32,000 bases of DNA, from positions 1,320,001 to 1,352,000 of the forward strand of contig CP025011.1 in NCBI GenBank assembly GCA_002952755.1, read 5' to 3'. The notes beneath the pieces were generated by a model. The model saw only the letters and a program-made list of their open reading frames with translations, ran no database searches and was not told the DNA's origin. Made by a program: the position numbers and the translations under genes. This document shows positions 1 through 7,466 of the stretch, piece after piece. Source of the stretch: Candidatus Saccharimonadota bacterium. Lineage in GTDB: Bacteria; Patescibacteriota; Saccharimonadia; Saccharimonadales; UBA4665. Numbering within the stretch: the stretch's first letter is position 1; every line of letters starts with the position of its first letter.

Positions 1-279
1 CTCTCCAACTCCCAGCGAGAGTAGTCTCGGTATTTACCGTACGCTTAAACATGGTCTCGTCTAAGTCGAAGTAGATAGTCGTTATAGGGGGTTAGCGGCT
101 CGAATTTCGGGCCTAGCTAATAAGAAACCGAGAGATAAAGGGGTAGTGCCTAGTTCATGGCGACATCTCCGGAGAATCGTAGAAGTTCAGACATAAAATA
201 GTAATACCACAAAGGTATACTGCTTCAAATATCGGGGCGTTGCTTTGGAGGTTTGGAACTATTTTGTGAATGCGTAAAA

Positions 280-288
280 TGTTAGCAT
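280..288 (+). promoter_or_regulatory. Extended -10 element TGTTAGCAT, 6 nt upstream of the ATG at 295
   Basis: TGn+TAGCAT read directly at 280-288. There is no Shine-Dalgarno between it and the ATG. An alternative TTGGAA(253-258)-N16-TAAAAT(275-280) also gives a very short leader. Confidence 0.4.
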
Positions 289-294
289 AGCCGT

Positions 295-969
295 ATGACA
301 GAAGACGAGCAGGAAGCAAAGACGATTGCCACCTATGACAGAACAGCAATTCATTGGGCTGCCGAACACATGGTGGTCAATGATTGGGAAAAAGACGCGG
401 CAAAGTTTAAGCAACTACTGCCAGAGGGTTATATCTTGGAAGTTGGTTGTGGGGGCGGCCGAGATGCTGCCGAGTTAATCAGATTGGGCTATGACTATTA
501 TGGAACCGATGCCTCACGGGGTATGGTTGAGGCTGCTCGACAATCAGTAAAGAATGCTAAATTCGAAGTCCGTAATGTATACGACTTGGCTGAATTGGGC
601 CAACATTTCGATGGTTTCTGGGCTTGTGCCGTATTGCTCCACATCCCCAGAGAGAGCATAGATAGGGCTATCCAGGCCATATTAGTGACACAACGTACTG
701 GGGCTGTTGGCATGATATCTATAAAGGCCGGTAACAAAAGTGACTTTGAGGTTCGTGATAAAGACGGTATGCATGAAGAGCGACTGTTTGTTTACTGGGA
801 TAAAGATATGTTTGACGAAGTATTAAAGCGCAATGGTTTGGTGGTACTCTATTACGAACATAGACCAGTGAGTACTCGCACTAACTGGCACGTTTACTTT
901 GTGCGCAAAAATGACGCCGGAAGGTCTTTAAGGGTACAAGCAAAAAACCTCTCGTATAGAGAGGTTTAA
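295..969 (+). CDS. Class I SAM-dependent methyltransferase
   Basis: 224-aa ORF. It has the SAM-binding motif I LEVGCGGGRDA, a downstream acidic residue (YYGTDAS) and a hydrophobic ACAVLLHIP strand, as is typical of the Methyltransf_11/25-like fold. Confidence 0.8.
   Translation: MTEDEQEAKTIATYDRTAIHWAAEHMVVNDWEKDAAKFKQLLPEGYILEVGCGGGRDAAELIRLGYDYYGTDASRGMVEAARQSVKNAKFEVRNVYDLAELGQHFDGFWACAVLLHIPRESIDRAIQAILVTQRTGAVGMISIKAGNKSDFEVRDKDGMHEERLFVYWDKDMFDEVLKRNGLVVLYYEHRPVSTRTNWHVYFVRKNDAGRSLRVQAKNLSYREV
941..967 (-). terminator. Rho-independent terminator candidate for the 1010-1741 gene; it overlaps the last codons of the convergent methyltransferase
   Basis: Perfect 9-bp stem AAACCTCTC / GAGAGGTTT (945-953 / 959-967) with a 5-nt loop. 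Read on the minus strand, the stem runs into a T tract (GAGAGGTTTTTTG). Confidence 0.5.
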
Positions 970-1009
970 CATAAGCATCTTGGCGGGTCGTTACTTTAAA
1001 GGTTTGGAA

Positions 1010-1741
1010 TCATTTCGCATTCATGGAAGCCATAACCGCTACTGCAAATTGGTCCGGCATGTCCTCAGAGGGGATTGACCGATAGGCAAGGTCTTGAGCG
1101 GCAACAAGCTCACTCACGGTAGTTATACCTAACTCGGCTAGATGATCTTTATGAGTCATCACATATTGCTCAGCCCTTTCTGGGTCTCTTGCCACCCAGG
1201 CCACGATCGTTGCCGCCGCCACACCGGGGATGGGCAGCGTATCGAGTTCCTCATCATAAACAGCCTCTATACCTGTCCGGTTAAAGCCCTTCGCTCTCCA
1301 GTCCTCGACATGACCCAGTTCGTGGCCTAGCGTAAAGGCTGAGAAAAGTTCTGGACTAACCTGCTCTGGTCCTATGCCGAGCTTTCGCGCTATCTCGGCA
1401 ACTGTTGTGGGGCGGCTTCGCATCAGGTCAGCATACTCGTCCCAGCTTGTAGCATTGAACGACACTTCTGGGTGGCCACTATCTGAGTAGTAGGGAGGAG
1501 TTGCACGGCCAGCAGTGCCTGGAATTCTCATATTGGCAGAATCATAGGGGTTTAAGACTACGTCGCTTAAATCAGGGCTAATGTCTAGTGCCGCAAGATA
1601 CACTGAGGCAAGATATGCACCAACCTCTCCAAACTCATGAAGTTTTAACAGATTCTCGTGAACAGTTGCGGGTAGTTGATGCGTGTTCTCCGCGCCTGCA
1701 GCAACTGAAAGATTATCGACTGGTGCGAGGTTTTCGCTCAT
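1010..1741 (-). CDS. ImmA/IrrE-like (DUF955-type) HExxH zinc metallopeptidase-like protein
   Basis: 243-aa ORF with no signal peptide or TM segment. The motif FTLGHELGHVEDW matches the F-T-L-x-H-E-L-G-H signature of ImmA/IrrE-family peptidases. Confidence 0.55.
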   Translation of the reverse strand: MSENLAPVDNLSVAAGAENTHQLPATVHENLLKLHEFGEVGAYLASVYLAALDISPDLSDVVLNPYDSANMRIPGTAGRATPPYYSDSGHPEVSFNATSWDEYADLMRSRPTTVAEIARKLGIGPEQVSPELFSAFTLGHELGHVEDWRAKGFNRTGIEAVYDEELDTLPIPGVAAATIVAWVARDPERAEQYVMTHKDHLAELGITTVSELVAAQDLAYRSIPSEDMPDQFAVAVMASMNAK

Positions 1742-1763
1742 GTTTCTGTTTTTATATTTAGCT

Positions 1764-1792
1764 ATAAAAATAGTAGCATATAATTGCTACTA
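1764..1792 (-). terminator. Rho-independent terminator candidate just downstream of tRNA-Asp
   Basis: Perfect 8-bp stem TAGTAGCA / TGCTACTA (1771-1778 / 1785-1792) with a 6-nt loop, followed on the minus strand by TTTTTAT. Confidence 0.5.
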
Positions 1793-1809
1793 TTTCAATC
1801 AAATGATAC

Positions 1810-1886
1810 TGGCGGGCTCGACCGGATTCGAACCGGCGATCTCCTCCGTGACAGGGAGGCGTGGTAGGCCACTACACTACGAGCCC
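1810..1886 (-). tRNA. tRNA-Asp (anticodon GTC), CCA encoded
   Basis: The reverse complement folds as a cloverleaf. The acceptor is GGGCTCG/CGAGCCC. The anticodon stem is CCTCC/GGAGG with loop CTGTCAC. The T arm is GCCGG-TTCGAAT-CCGGT, with discriminator G plus CCA. Confidence 0.92.
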
Positions 1887-2000
1887 AGACTGCTAATATG
1901 TTATTTGAAGATATGTACGAAGGGCGCACCTCTCCAATAACACAAAGTAACAGGGGTAATGATACCAAGAAGCCGCAAGAAAAGCAACTACGTCCCCATC

Positions 2001-3065
2001 CTACTTAATAAAATAGTGCGGTTTGTGCTGAACCTTAAGAGGATCTATATAGGTACTAATAGGCTTAAAGGCAAAATAGATGTGCGATGCACGAACAGTG
2101 TCGCCATTATGTTCGTTGACCTTTAAGATCTCTAGGCCAAGCGGAGTTTCAACCACATCTGATGCCTGCCCTATCTGTAGCTTAAACAGTACATCAACTA
2201 CCTGTGGCGAAAGGTCTCGATTGGTCCTGTCGATAACCATTCCGTAGTCGCCACCACTGGCCTTGGTTGCAGGGTCTTCGGAATATTGTTTGGCGATGGT
2301 TGCGAAGTCGCTGCCACTCCGCAATCGCCCCAGCACCGCTTGGGCGCGCTGGTGCGTGCCGGTATCAAGGCCGGAGACCGCCTTTTGCGCCAGAAGCTGG
2401 TTCCGTAGTTCGTGCTTAAAGTCATCGATCGACCAGCCCCAGAATTCTTTGAGTACATCCTCAAATACTGCGTTACTACTCCCTAAACGATTCTGGTTGC
2501 GTAGGAGGGCGATTTCATTATTTATTTCGGCATTGCCGACGCTAACATGTTGCCTTGCGGCTAACTGCTTTGTATATGCATTATTGATAACTGTTTGGAG
2601 AGCGGTTTTGCGAAACGCAGCCAATTGTTTTCTGCCGGAATCACTGTTAAAGTCAACCTTCTGTTGTGTTTGGTAATAATGCATATAGTGCCGAAGCTCG
2701 AACAAATAATCCTCATACGAGACATACAGCGAGCCAGCTTTTGCAACCGGAAATGGAATAACCTGCGTTACGCGGTAAATAAAGGTCGAAGTGGCATTAA
2801 AACGATAGAGTGCAAGTGTGCAATACACGAAAAAAGTCAAAGCAAGAATAATAAAAATCCCGGTTGAAATAAGCACGATGCGGCGTAACGAATGCTGCAG
2901 TGGATAAATGTACTTCCGTGCGCTGCTGAGCACCTCTTCCCTATGCTCGGCGACAGTCTCGTTGGTAATACGCGGAATATTGTGAATCGCTTCTTCAAGT
3001 GATTGCTCGGGTTTTTTGCGGCGGGTAGACCGCTTGGAAAGTAATTTTTTAACTTTATACTTCAT
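2001..3065 (-). CDS. Membrane-anchored parvulin-type peptidyl-prolyl isomerase (PpiC/PrsA/SurA-like)
   Basis: 354 aa. There is a basic N-terminus and one TM segment (IVLISTGIFIILALTFFVYCTLAL). The C-terminal rotamase signature is FATIAKQYSEDPATKASGGDYGMV...PLGLEILKV. Confidence 0.8.
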   Translation of the reverse strand: MKYKVKKLLSKRSTRRKKPEQSLEEAIHNIPRITNETVAEHREEVLSSARKYIYPLQHSLRRIVLISTGIFIILALTFFVYCTLALYRFNATSTFIYRVTQVIPFPVAKAGSLYVSYEDYLFELRHYMHYYQTQQKVDFNSDSGRKQLAAFRKTALQTVINNAYTKQLAARQHVSVGNAEINNEIALLRNQNRLGSSNAVFEDVLKEFWGWSIDDFKHELRNQLLAQKAVSGLDTGTHQRAQAVLGRLRSGSDFATIAKQYSEDPATKASGGDYGMVIDRTNRDLSPQVVDVLFKLQIGQASDVVETPLGLEILKVNEHNGDTVRASHIYFAFKPISTYIDPLKVQHKPHYFIK

Positions 3066-3603
3066 CTTCGAGTGCTTCTTCTCCCTGCGACGACTGTACT
3101 GCAGGGCTGGTAACCGCGGAGACTCCTTGTTCGCGTAAAATCTCCAGTATTCTTTTCTGGATCTTGGCAGGATGATGAATCTCGTGAATCACCAAATCTC
3201 CTACATATGTTTGCATCATAATTGTACCAAACCCTAGTAGCGTTTCCTGTAAGCCAGAAGTTTGATAATTAACCATTTGGATTTGGTTCAGGCGCATATC
3301 GACGACACTGCGATGAAAAAAACCTTTTTGCGTAATCTGGATAAGCCGCTGGTTGGTTATGATAAATACGCTAAAAAACCATGTTATCCACGACGGCAAC
3401 ATCAGGATAGCTCCAAGGGCCAGTCCGCATAAAAGGCCTATAAAATATACTGAATATTCTGGCTTAAACAGCGATGGTACCGTTCCAAGCAGTAGTGCAA
3501 GCATAGCTACAATGAGGCCGCGCCGCATAACTATAGGATGTTTGCGAAAAACGAATAATACCTCTTCGTCGTCAAACTGATCCTCAAAATACTTCTCGGC
3601 CAT
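3055..3603 (-). CDS. Bacterial PH-domain (YdbS/YdbT-like) membrane protein
   Basis: 182 aa. An N-terminal FRKHPIVM motif is followed by two TM helices, then ITNQRLIQITQKGFFHRSVVDMRLNQIQ, which is typical of bPH_2. It overlaps the downstream PPIase gene by 11 nt. Confidence 0.65.
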   Translation of the reverse strand: MAEKYFEDQFDDEEVLFVFRKHPIVMRRGLIVAMLALLLGTVPSLFKPEYSVYFIGLLCGLALGAILMLPSWITWFFSVFIITNQRLIQITQKGFFHRSVVDMRLNQIQMVNYQTSGLQETLLGFGTIMMQTYVGDLVIHEIHHPAKIQKRILEILREQGVSAVTSPAVQSSQGEEALEDEV

Positions 3604-3613
3604 TCTTATATGT

Positions 3614-3622
3614 ATTGTACCA
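3614..3622 (-). promoter_or_regulatory. Extended -10 element TGGTACAAT, 10 nt upstream of the ATG at 3603
   Basis: Read on the minus strand directly. No Shine-Dalgarno lies between the element and the start. Confidence 0.35.
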
Positions 3623-3651
3623 GCGCCGATCTAAAATGCCATGTTTACGAA

Positions 3652-3726
3652 TGGTGCCCCCACCACGACTCGAACGTGGAGCTCCTCCTTAGGACGGAGT
3701 TATTTTATCCATTGAACTATGGGGGC
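3652..3726 (-). tRNA. tRNA-Arg (anticodon CCT), CCA encoded
   Basis: The reverse complement has acceptor GCCCCCA/TGGGGGC and T arm CCACG-TTCGAGT-CGTGG. The anticodon loop is GTCCTAA (CCT), with discriminator A plus CCA. Position 32 is G and the D stem is weak, which lowers confidence slightly. Confidence 0.82.
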
Positions 3727-3768
3727 GCGTCTGGGAAAAGGTTGCTTCCCCATCAGCATTGTAAAGAG

Positions 3769-4278
3769 CTACTTGTTGCGCTGGGCCTGGGTGTACTTTT
3801 CGTGAAGTACCTCGTAGCTAAAAAGCTCGTCATCACTAAACCAATGTGCAATTTCCTTAGCCGCTTCATCCGCATCTGCTGATGCATGTATAAGGTTAGG
3901 CATGCCCACTCCTTCGGTGTTGGCACGATTGAAACTAATATGTGCATAGTCGCCTCTAATCGTGCCAGGAGCGGCGCTCTTTGGTTCGGTGGTGCCAACC
4001 ATTTTGCGTACTTGTTCGGGAGCATCTACGCCTTCGAGCACCATGGCAATAACTGGCCCCTCTTGCATCATTTGCAATGTGACATTAAAAGCATCATCGC
4101 CACGACGCGTTTTGAGTGTGCCGATAGTTTCATAATGGGCATAGTAATGCTCGTAATCTGGACGCAGCATTTTAGTGGCGACTATCTTAAGACCAACACG
4201 CTCAAAACGCGTAATAATTTCGCCCACAATGCCGCGCTGCAGAGCATCCGGTTTCAGAATAACTAATGTTTGTTGCAT
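3769..4278 (-). CDS. ndk: Nucleoside diphosphate kinase (long form)
   Basis: 169 aa. The N-terminus TLVILKPDALQRGIVGEIITRFERVGLKIVATKM, the TIRGDYA motif and the active-site NLIHAS(A)D are all recognisable. The protein carries insertions relative to the canonical form of about 140-150 aa. Confidence 0.93.
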   Translation of the reverse strand: MQQTLVILKPDALQRGIVGEIITRFERVGLKIVATKMLRPDYEHYYAHYETIGTLKTRRGDDAFNVTLQMMQEGPVIAMVLEGVDAPEQVRKMVGTTEPKSAAPGTIRGDYAHISFNRANTEGVGMPNLIHASADADEAAKEIAHWFSDDELFSYEVLHEKYTQAQRNK

Positions 4279-4312
4279 AATTGTGAGGTCTTCCTTTGCT
4301 TACTTTAGGCGT

Positions 4313-4321
4313 ATTGTAACA
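4313..4321 (-). promoter_or_regulatory. Extended -10 element TGTTACAAT for ndk, with a leader of about 30 nt that contains AAAGGAAG
   Basis: Read on the minus strand in the 88-nt divergent ndk/xer intergenic region. Confidence 0.4.
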
Positions 4322-4351
4322 GATGCGACTCACCTTCACCATACAAGGGAG

Positions 4352-4360
4352 TGTTAGAAT
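4352..4360 (+). promoter_or_regulatory. Extended -10 element TGTTAGAAT, 6 nt upstream of the ATG at 4367
   Basis: Read directly. Only AAAGAT separates the element from the ATG. Confidence 0.4.
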
Positions 4361-4366
4361 AAAGAT

Positions 4367-5284
4367 ATGCTATTCACGCGAGCCAAGACTGATTTCTTGG
4401 AATATTTAGAAATTGAGCAAAATCGATCGCAGAAGACGATTACCAACTACGATCACTACTTGACCCGTCTTGTCGATTTTGCTGGTGACGACTTAGGAGT
4501 ACGTGATATCGATGCTGAGCTGGTTCGAAAATGGCGTCTGTGGCTGAATCGACTTGGCACAAATGTATCGGATGAGCTACAAAAAACTACACAAAACTAT
4601 CACCTGATTGCGCTGCGCAGCTTTTTGAAGTACTGTGCCAAACGCGATATCGAAACACTGAGCGCCGACAAAGTGGAACTTGCCCGTACCGCCCGCAAGC
4701 AAGTCACTTTTTTAAATGAAGATGAGTTGTCGCGCCTGTTCGATCAGGCCGATCTGAGCAAACTGTCTGGATTACGCGACCGGGCGATATTGGAGCTGCT
4801 TTTTAGCAGTGGGCTGCGTGTGTCCGAGCTCGTCGGCTTGGACCGTGACCACATAAACTTAAAGCGGCGCGAGTTTATGGTACGCGGCAAAGGACAAAAA
4901 GACCGGCCCATCTTTATAAGCGCTGAGGCAGCCGCCTGGCTCCAGCGTTATCTGGATGAGCGTGACGACACCACGAAACCCTTATTTGTTCGCTATAGTG
5001 GACGCAAAACGGTCGATCTTTCGGGTAATTTTCACCGACTTACAGCTCGCAGCGTGCAACGAATGGTAAGCCGCTATGCGCTCCTGGCCGGTATTACCAA
5101 GCACGTAAGCCCTCATACGCTACGGCATTCCTTTGCAACCGACTTGCTCATGAACGGTGCCGATTTAAGGAGTGTGCAAGCGATGCTCGGACACAGCAAT
5201 ATCGCTACAACTCAGATATATACTCACGTTACCGACCCGCACCTAAAAAGCGTACATGAACGCTTCCATAGACCTAAGGGCTAG
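4367..5284 (+). CDS. xerC: Tyrosine site-specific recombinase, XerC/XerD family
   Basis: 305 aa. There is an N-terminal SAM-like core-binding domain. The catalytic region includes GLRVSEL, HTLRHSFATDLL and LGHSNIATTQIYTHV (R..HxxR..H..Y). C versus D assignment is not possible from sequence alone. Confidence 0.88.
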   Translation: MLFTRAKTDFLEYLEIEQNRSQKTITNYDHYLTRLVDFAGDDLGVRDIDAELVRKWRLWLNRLGTNVSDELQKTTQNYHLIALRSFLKYCAKRDIETLSADKVELARTARKQVTFLNEDELSRLFDQADLSKLSGLRDRAILELLFSSGLRVSELVGLDRDHINLKRREFMVRGKGQKDRPIFISAEAAAWLQRYLDERDDTTKPLFVRYSGRKTVDLSGNFHRLTARSVQRMVSRYALLAGITKHVSPHTLRHSFATDLLMNGADLRSVQAMLGHSNIATTQIYTHVTDPHLKSVHERFHRPKG

Positions 5285-6357
5285 TTACAAAGTGGATTGC
5301 CGCTGCCAGTCATGGTCGGAACTGCCGCGGCAGCTGTAGAAGCAAAGTAGTTGCTCATTACCGCAAAACGTTTACATACCGAATCCGTACTCTCAAGTGC
5401 ATAATCGCTGAGTTGATTGGTCGTAGGAGTAATGGGCACGTGTACTTGAATACGGCGAAGCACATCAGAGGCCTTGCCCGTGGAGTCGATAACCACCTGT
5501 CCGCCCAGGAATTTTACTGGGTTGCCGGCAGCGTCAGTGCCAGTAATTTGCAAGGACACGTCCTTATATAGTGAAGTAAATCGTGCATAATATTGACCGC
5601 CGCCAAGTCCGGCGTTGATCGTAAGACTGCATTTTGTGTCATTACAGTTTGCAGGTAATCCACTATTGGTACCCGAGGTACTGAAACCTGTTGTCGCCCG
5701 GCCGGAATTTGCTGGCGCTACCGGCACCATAAATGACGTCATCGTTCCACTCTGCAAGCTAGCGGAAGTAACACTTCCGCTCGTAGGAACCAAATCAAAG
5801 CGGAAGACGCCGTATCCACAGGCCCAGCTGGCAGCTGGCGAAAGTGTGCCATTTGCGCCTGTCGGACAACCTGTCAGTGGAGTCTGGCTCCCCGTTTTGG
5901 TGTACCAGGTGAAGGTTAGCGTCTTGATAGTACCCGAAACGCTAGCCAGCGGCATAATGGTGCCGGTGGTATTAACATCGTTTACCGTCAGTGCCGTAGG
6001 ATTAGGGTCGACCATGACGCAGGTATACATCACATCATGAGCGGCATCAATCGTAGAGTTCAGGGCAAACGGTCCTCCGCCGTAATAGGCCGCAGTGGCG
6101 CCGCTCCCATTGGTGCAGTCTGGCTTCGCAGGCGGGAGGCCTTTGTTCTTAATGAGGTTGCGAACATCATTAACGCCTGTTTCGGCAGCATAAAACGCCT
6201 GGCTACTTAACTGGCGATCTAAGGACTGGCGCGAATTCCGCCGGGAAATCTGGGCAAACCCCAAAACAACTAAGCTTAAGATGATCATAAGAATCATCGT
6301 GACCATTATCGACACCATGCCAGCTTCTTTATTCCTGTGTACCATATTGCCACTCAT
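5281..6357 (-). CDS. PilX/GspK-like minor pilin (large, lacks Glu5)
   Basis: 358 aa. The leader MSGNMVHRNKEAG is followed by a hydrophobic helix MVSIMVTMILMIILSLVVLGFAQ with no Glu at +5. This is followed by AFYAAETGVND, typical of the PilX N-terminal domain. It is the last gene of the pilin set. Confidence 0.7.
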   Translation of the reverse strand: MSGNMVHRNKEAGMVSIMVTMILMIILSLVVLGFAQISRRNSRQSLDRQLSSQAFYAAETGVNDVRNLIKNKGLPPAKPDCTNGSGATAAYYGGGPFALNSTIDAAHDVMYTCVMVDPNPTALTVNDVNTTGTIMPLASVSGTIKTLTFTWYTKTGSQTPLTGCPTGANGTLSPAASWACGYGVFRFDLVPTSGSVTSASLQSGTMTSFMVPVAPANSGRATTGFSTSGTNSGLPANCNDTKCSLTINAGLGGGQYYARFTSLYKDVSLQITGTDAAGNPVKFLGGQVVIDSTGKASDVLRRIQVHVPITPTTNQLSDYALESTDSVCKRFAVMSNYFASTAAAAVPTMTGSGNPLCN

Positions 6358-6362
6358 TCTCT

Positions 6363-6977
6363 CTATTTTACTCGCTTTTGTACGACAGCAGTTAGATCGG
6401 ACACTGCACAGAACTGAGTGCCTGCGCGAATATTTTTACAAGCGGCTGTTGTGGCCGTGGGGTTATTCAAAAGGTCATCATCACCATACACAACTCGGAC
6501 ATGTACCTGATAGAGATTAGATGCACCCGCCACTTGGATGATAGTAAAGTTGGATAAACGCATATGGGGACTCAACAACTCACGCCCGGTGACGCCCGGC
6601 CCAGGTGCTGCACAACCTGCCACCGTGTGCTGCAATAAAGCTTTATTGGTTTGGTTGCCCGTCGGGGCAGTATCGACCAATTGCTTGCCAAGCCAGAAAG
6701 CAAATTGTTGATCGTTGATACATAGGTAGGTCGGGGACGAGCCTGTAGCGGCGGTGATAATACCTCCATCGAACTGTATGGCCTGTGAAACAGTATCTAC
6801 TAGCGAACGAGCTACGTTCTGCGTATTAGATTCGGTGACTCCTTTATAGTAGACGCGCGTGACCTGCATTATCCCCATGGTCACCAGCATCAATACCGTC
6901 GAAAAAATAAGCGTAGCCAGTAGTAGCTCGACAATCGTAAAGCCATGATCTTTATCGGTTGGTGTTAGCTTACGCAT
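6363..6977 (-). CDS. Minor pilin (PilW/GspJ-like) with prepilin cleavage/methylation motif
   Basis: 204 aa. The leader MRKLTPTDKDHG is followed by FTIVELLLATLIFS (F+1, E+5). Confidence 0.8.
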   Translation of the reverse strand: MRKLTPTDKDHGFTIVELLLATLIFSTVLMLVTMGIMQVTRVYYKGVTESNTQNVARSLVDTVSQAIQFDGGIITAATGSSPTYLCINDQQFAFWLGKQLVDTAPTGNQTNKALLQHTVAGCAAPGPGVTGRELLSPHMRLSNFTIIQVAGASNLYQVHVRVVYGDDDLLNNPTATTAACKNIRAGTQFCAVSDLTAVVQKRVK

Positions 6978-7466
6978 CTATTGATATATCCTGTAGCTTA
7001 ACTGCAAGCGATCTGTTGTTTTTCCACTGATGTCGATCCACGTCTCTGCAATCGTAAAAGTATTGCCGCTTCGGGTTGTCTTTAGCATAAAAAGTGGTTG
7101 GGGCGAGCTGGAAGTGGCGACTGCGCCATTTACGTCCAGGGTGCAATTCTGGTTTTGTGGCGCAACTGTAGCATCGTACACGTTAACGCCACCGGTTATA
7201 CAAAAGGTTGTGGGCGGTACTGGGCCGCCTGAAGGAAATACCTTGGATGGGTTGGTTGCAATCACATTTTTGAGTTGCTCGAATTGCGACTCGGCAAACT
7301 TGAGCGCAGTTGCCCGCTCTTGCGCGCCGCGCGTGTTCTGCAAGCTTTTGTTTGTGGTCACATATGCGCCGCCAAGGACGAGGGTAATGACTGCAATTGC
7401 AATCAGCACTTCGACAATCGTATCACCGCGTTCGGAGCTGTGTTGACGGAAGAAAATCATGTGCAC
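6978..7466 (-). CDS. Minor pilin (PilV/GspI-like) with prepilin-type N-terminus
   Basis: 162 aa. The sequence ...SERG / DTIVEVLIAIAVITLVLGG has E at +5 and an unusual D at +1. It abuts the next pilin gene with no gap. Confidence 0.75.
   Translation of the reverse strand: MHMIFFRQHSSERGDTIVEVLIAIAVITLVLGGAYVTTNKSLQNTRGAQERATALKFAESQFEQLKNVIATNPSKVFPSGGPVPPTTFCITGGVNVYDATVAPQNQNCTLDVNGAVATSSSPQPLFMLKTTRSGNTFTIAETWIDISGKTTDRLQLSYRIYQ

Noticed and set aside
1-294. Possible tmRNA, SRP RNA or RNase P RNA in the long non-coding start of the window
   Set aside because: GGGGGTTAGCGGCTCGAATTTCGGG superficially recalls a tmRNA 5' end. However, a tmRNA of about 350 nt would run into the methyltransferase CDS, and no T-arm/CCA 3' end, SRP domain IV motif or RNase P conserved core is present.
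155-349. 64-aa minus-strand ORF
   Set aside because: It overlaps the start of the well-supported methyltransferase and its promoter-like elements. It has an odd composition and no Shine-Dalgarno or motif. It is likely a chance ORF.
1683-1940. 85-aa plus-strand ORF
   Set aside because: It runs antisense through tRNA-Asp (1810-1886) and the terminator hairpin. The tRNA explains the sequence.
3610-3882. 90-aa plus-strand ORF
   Set aside because: It runs antisense through tRNA-Arg and into the 3' end of ndk. This is a shadow ORF.
3652-5284. tRNA plus tyrosine recombinase as the edge of an integrated genomic island carrying the T4P/adhesin genes
   Set aside because: The tRNA-Arg 3' end points away from the recombinase, and ndk lies between them. 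The recombinase looks like a housekeeping Xer type. I found no direct repeat of the tRNA 3' end further right. Composition looks uniform by eye.
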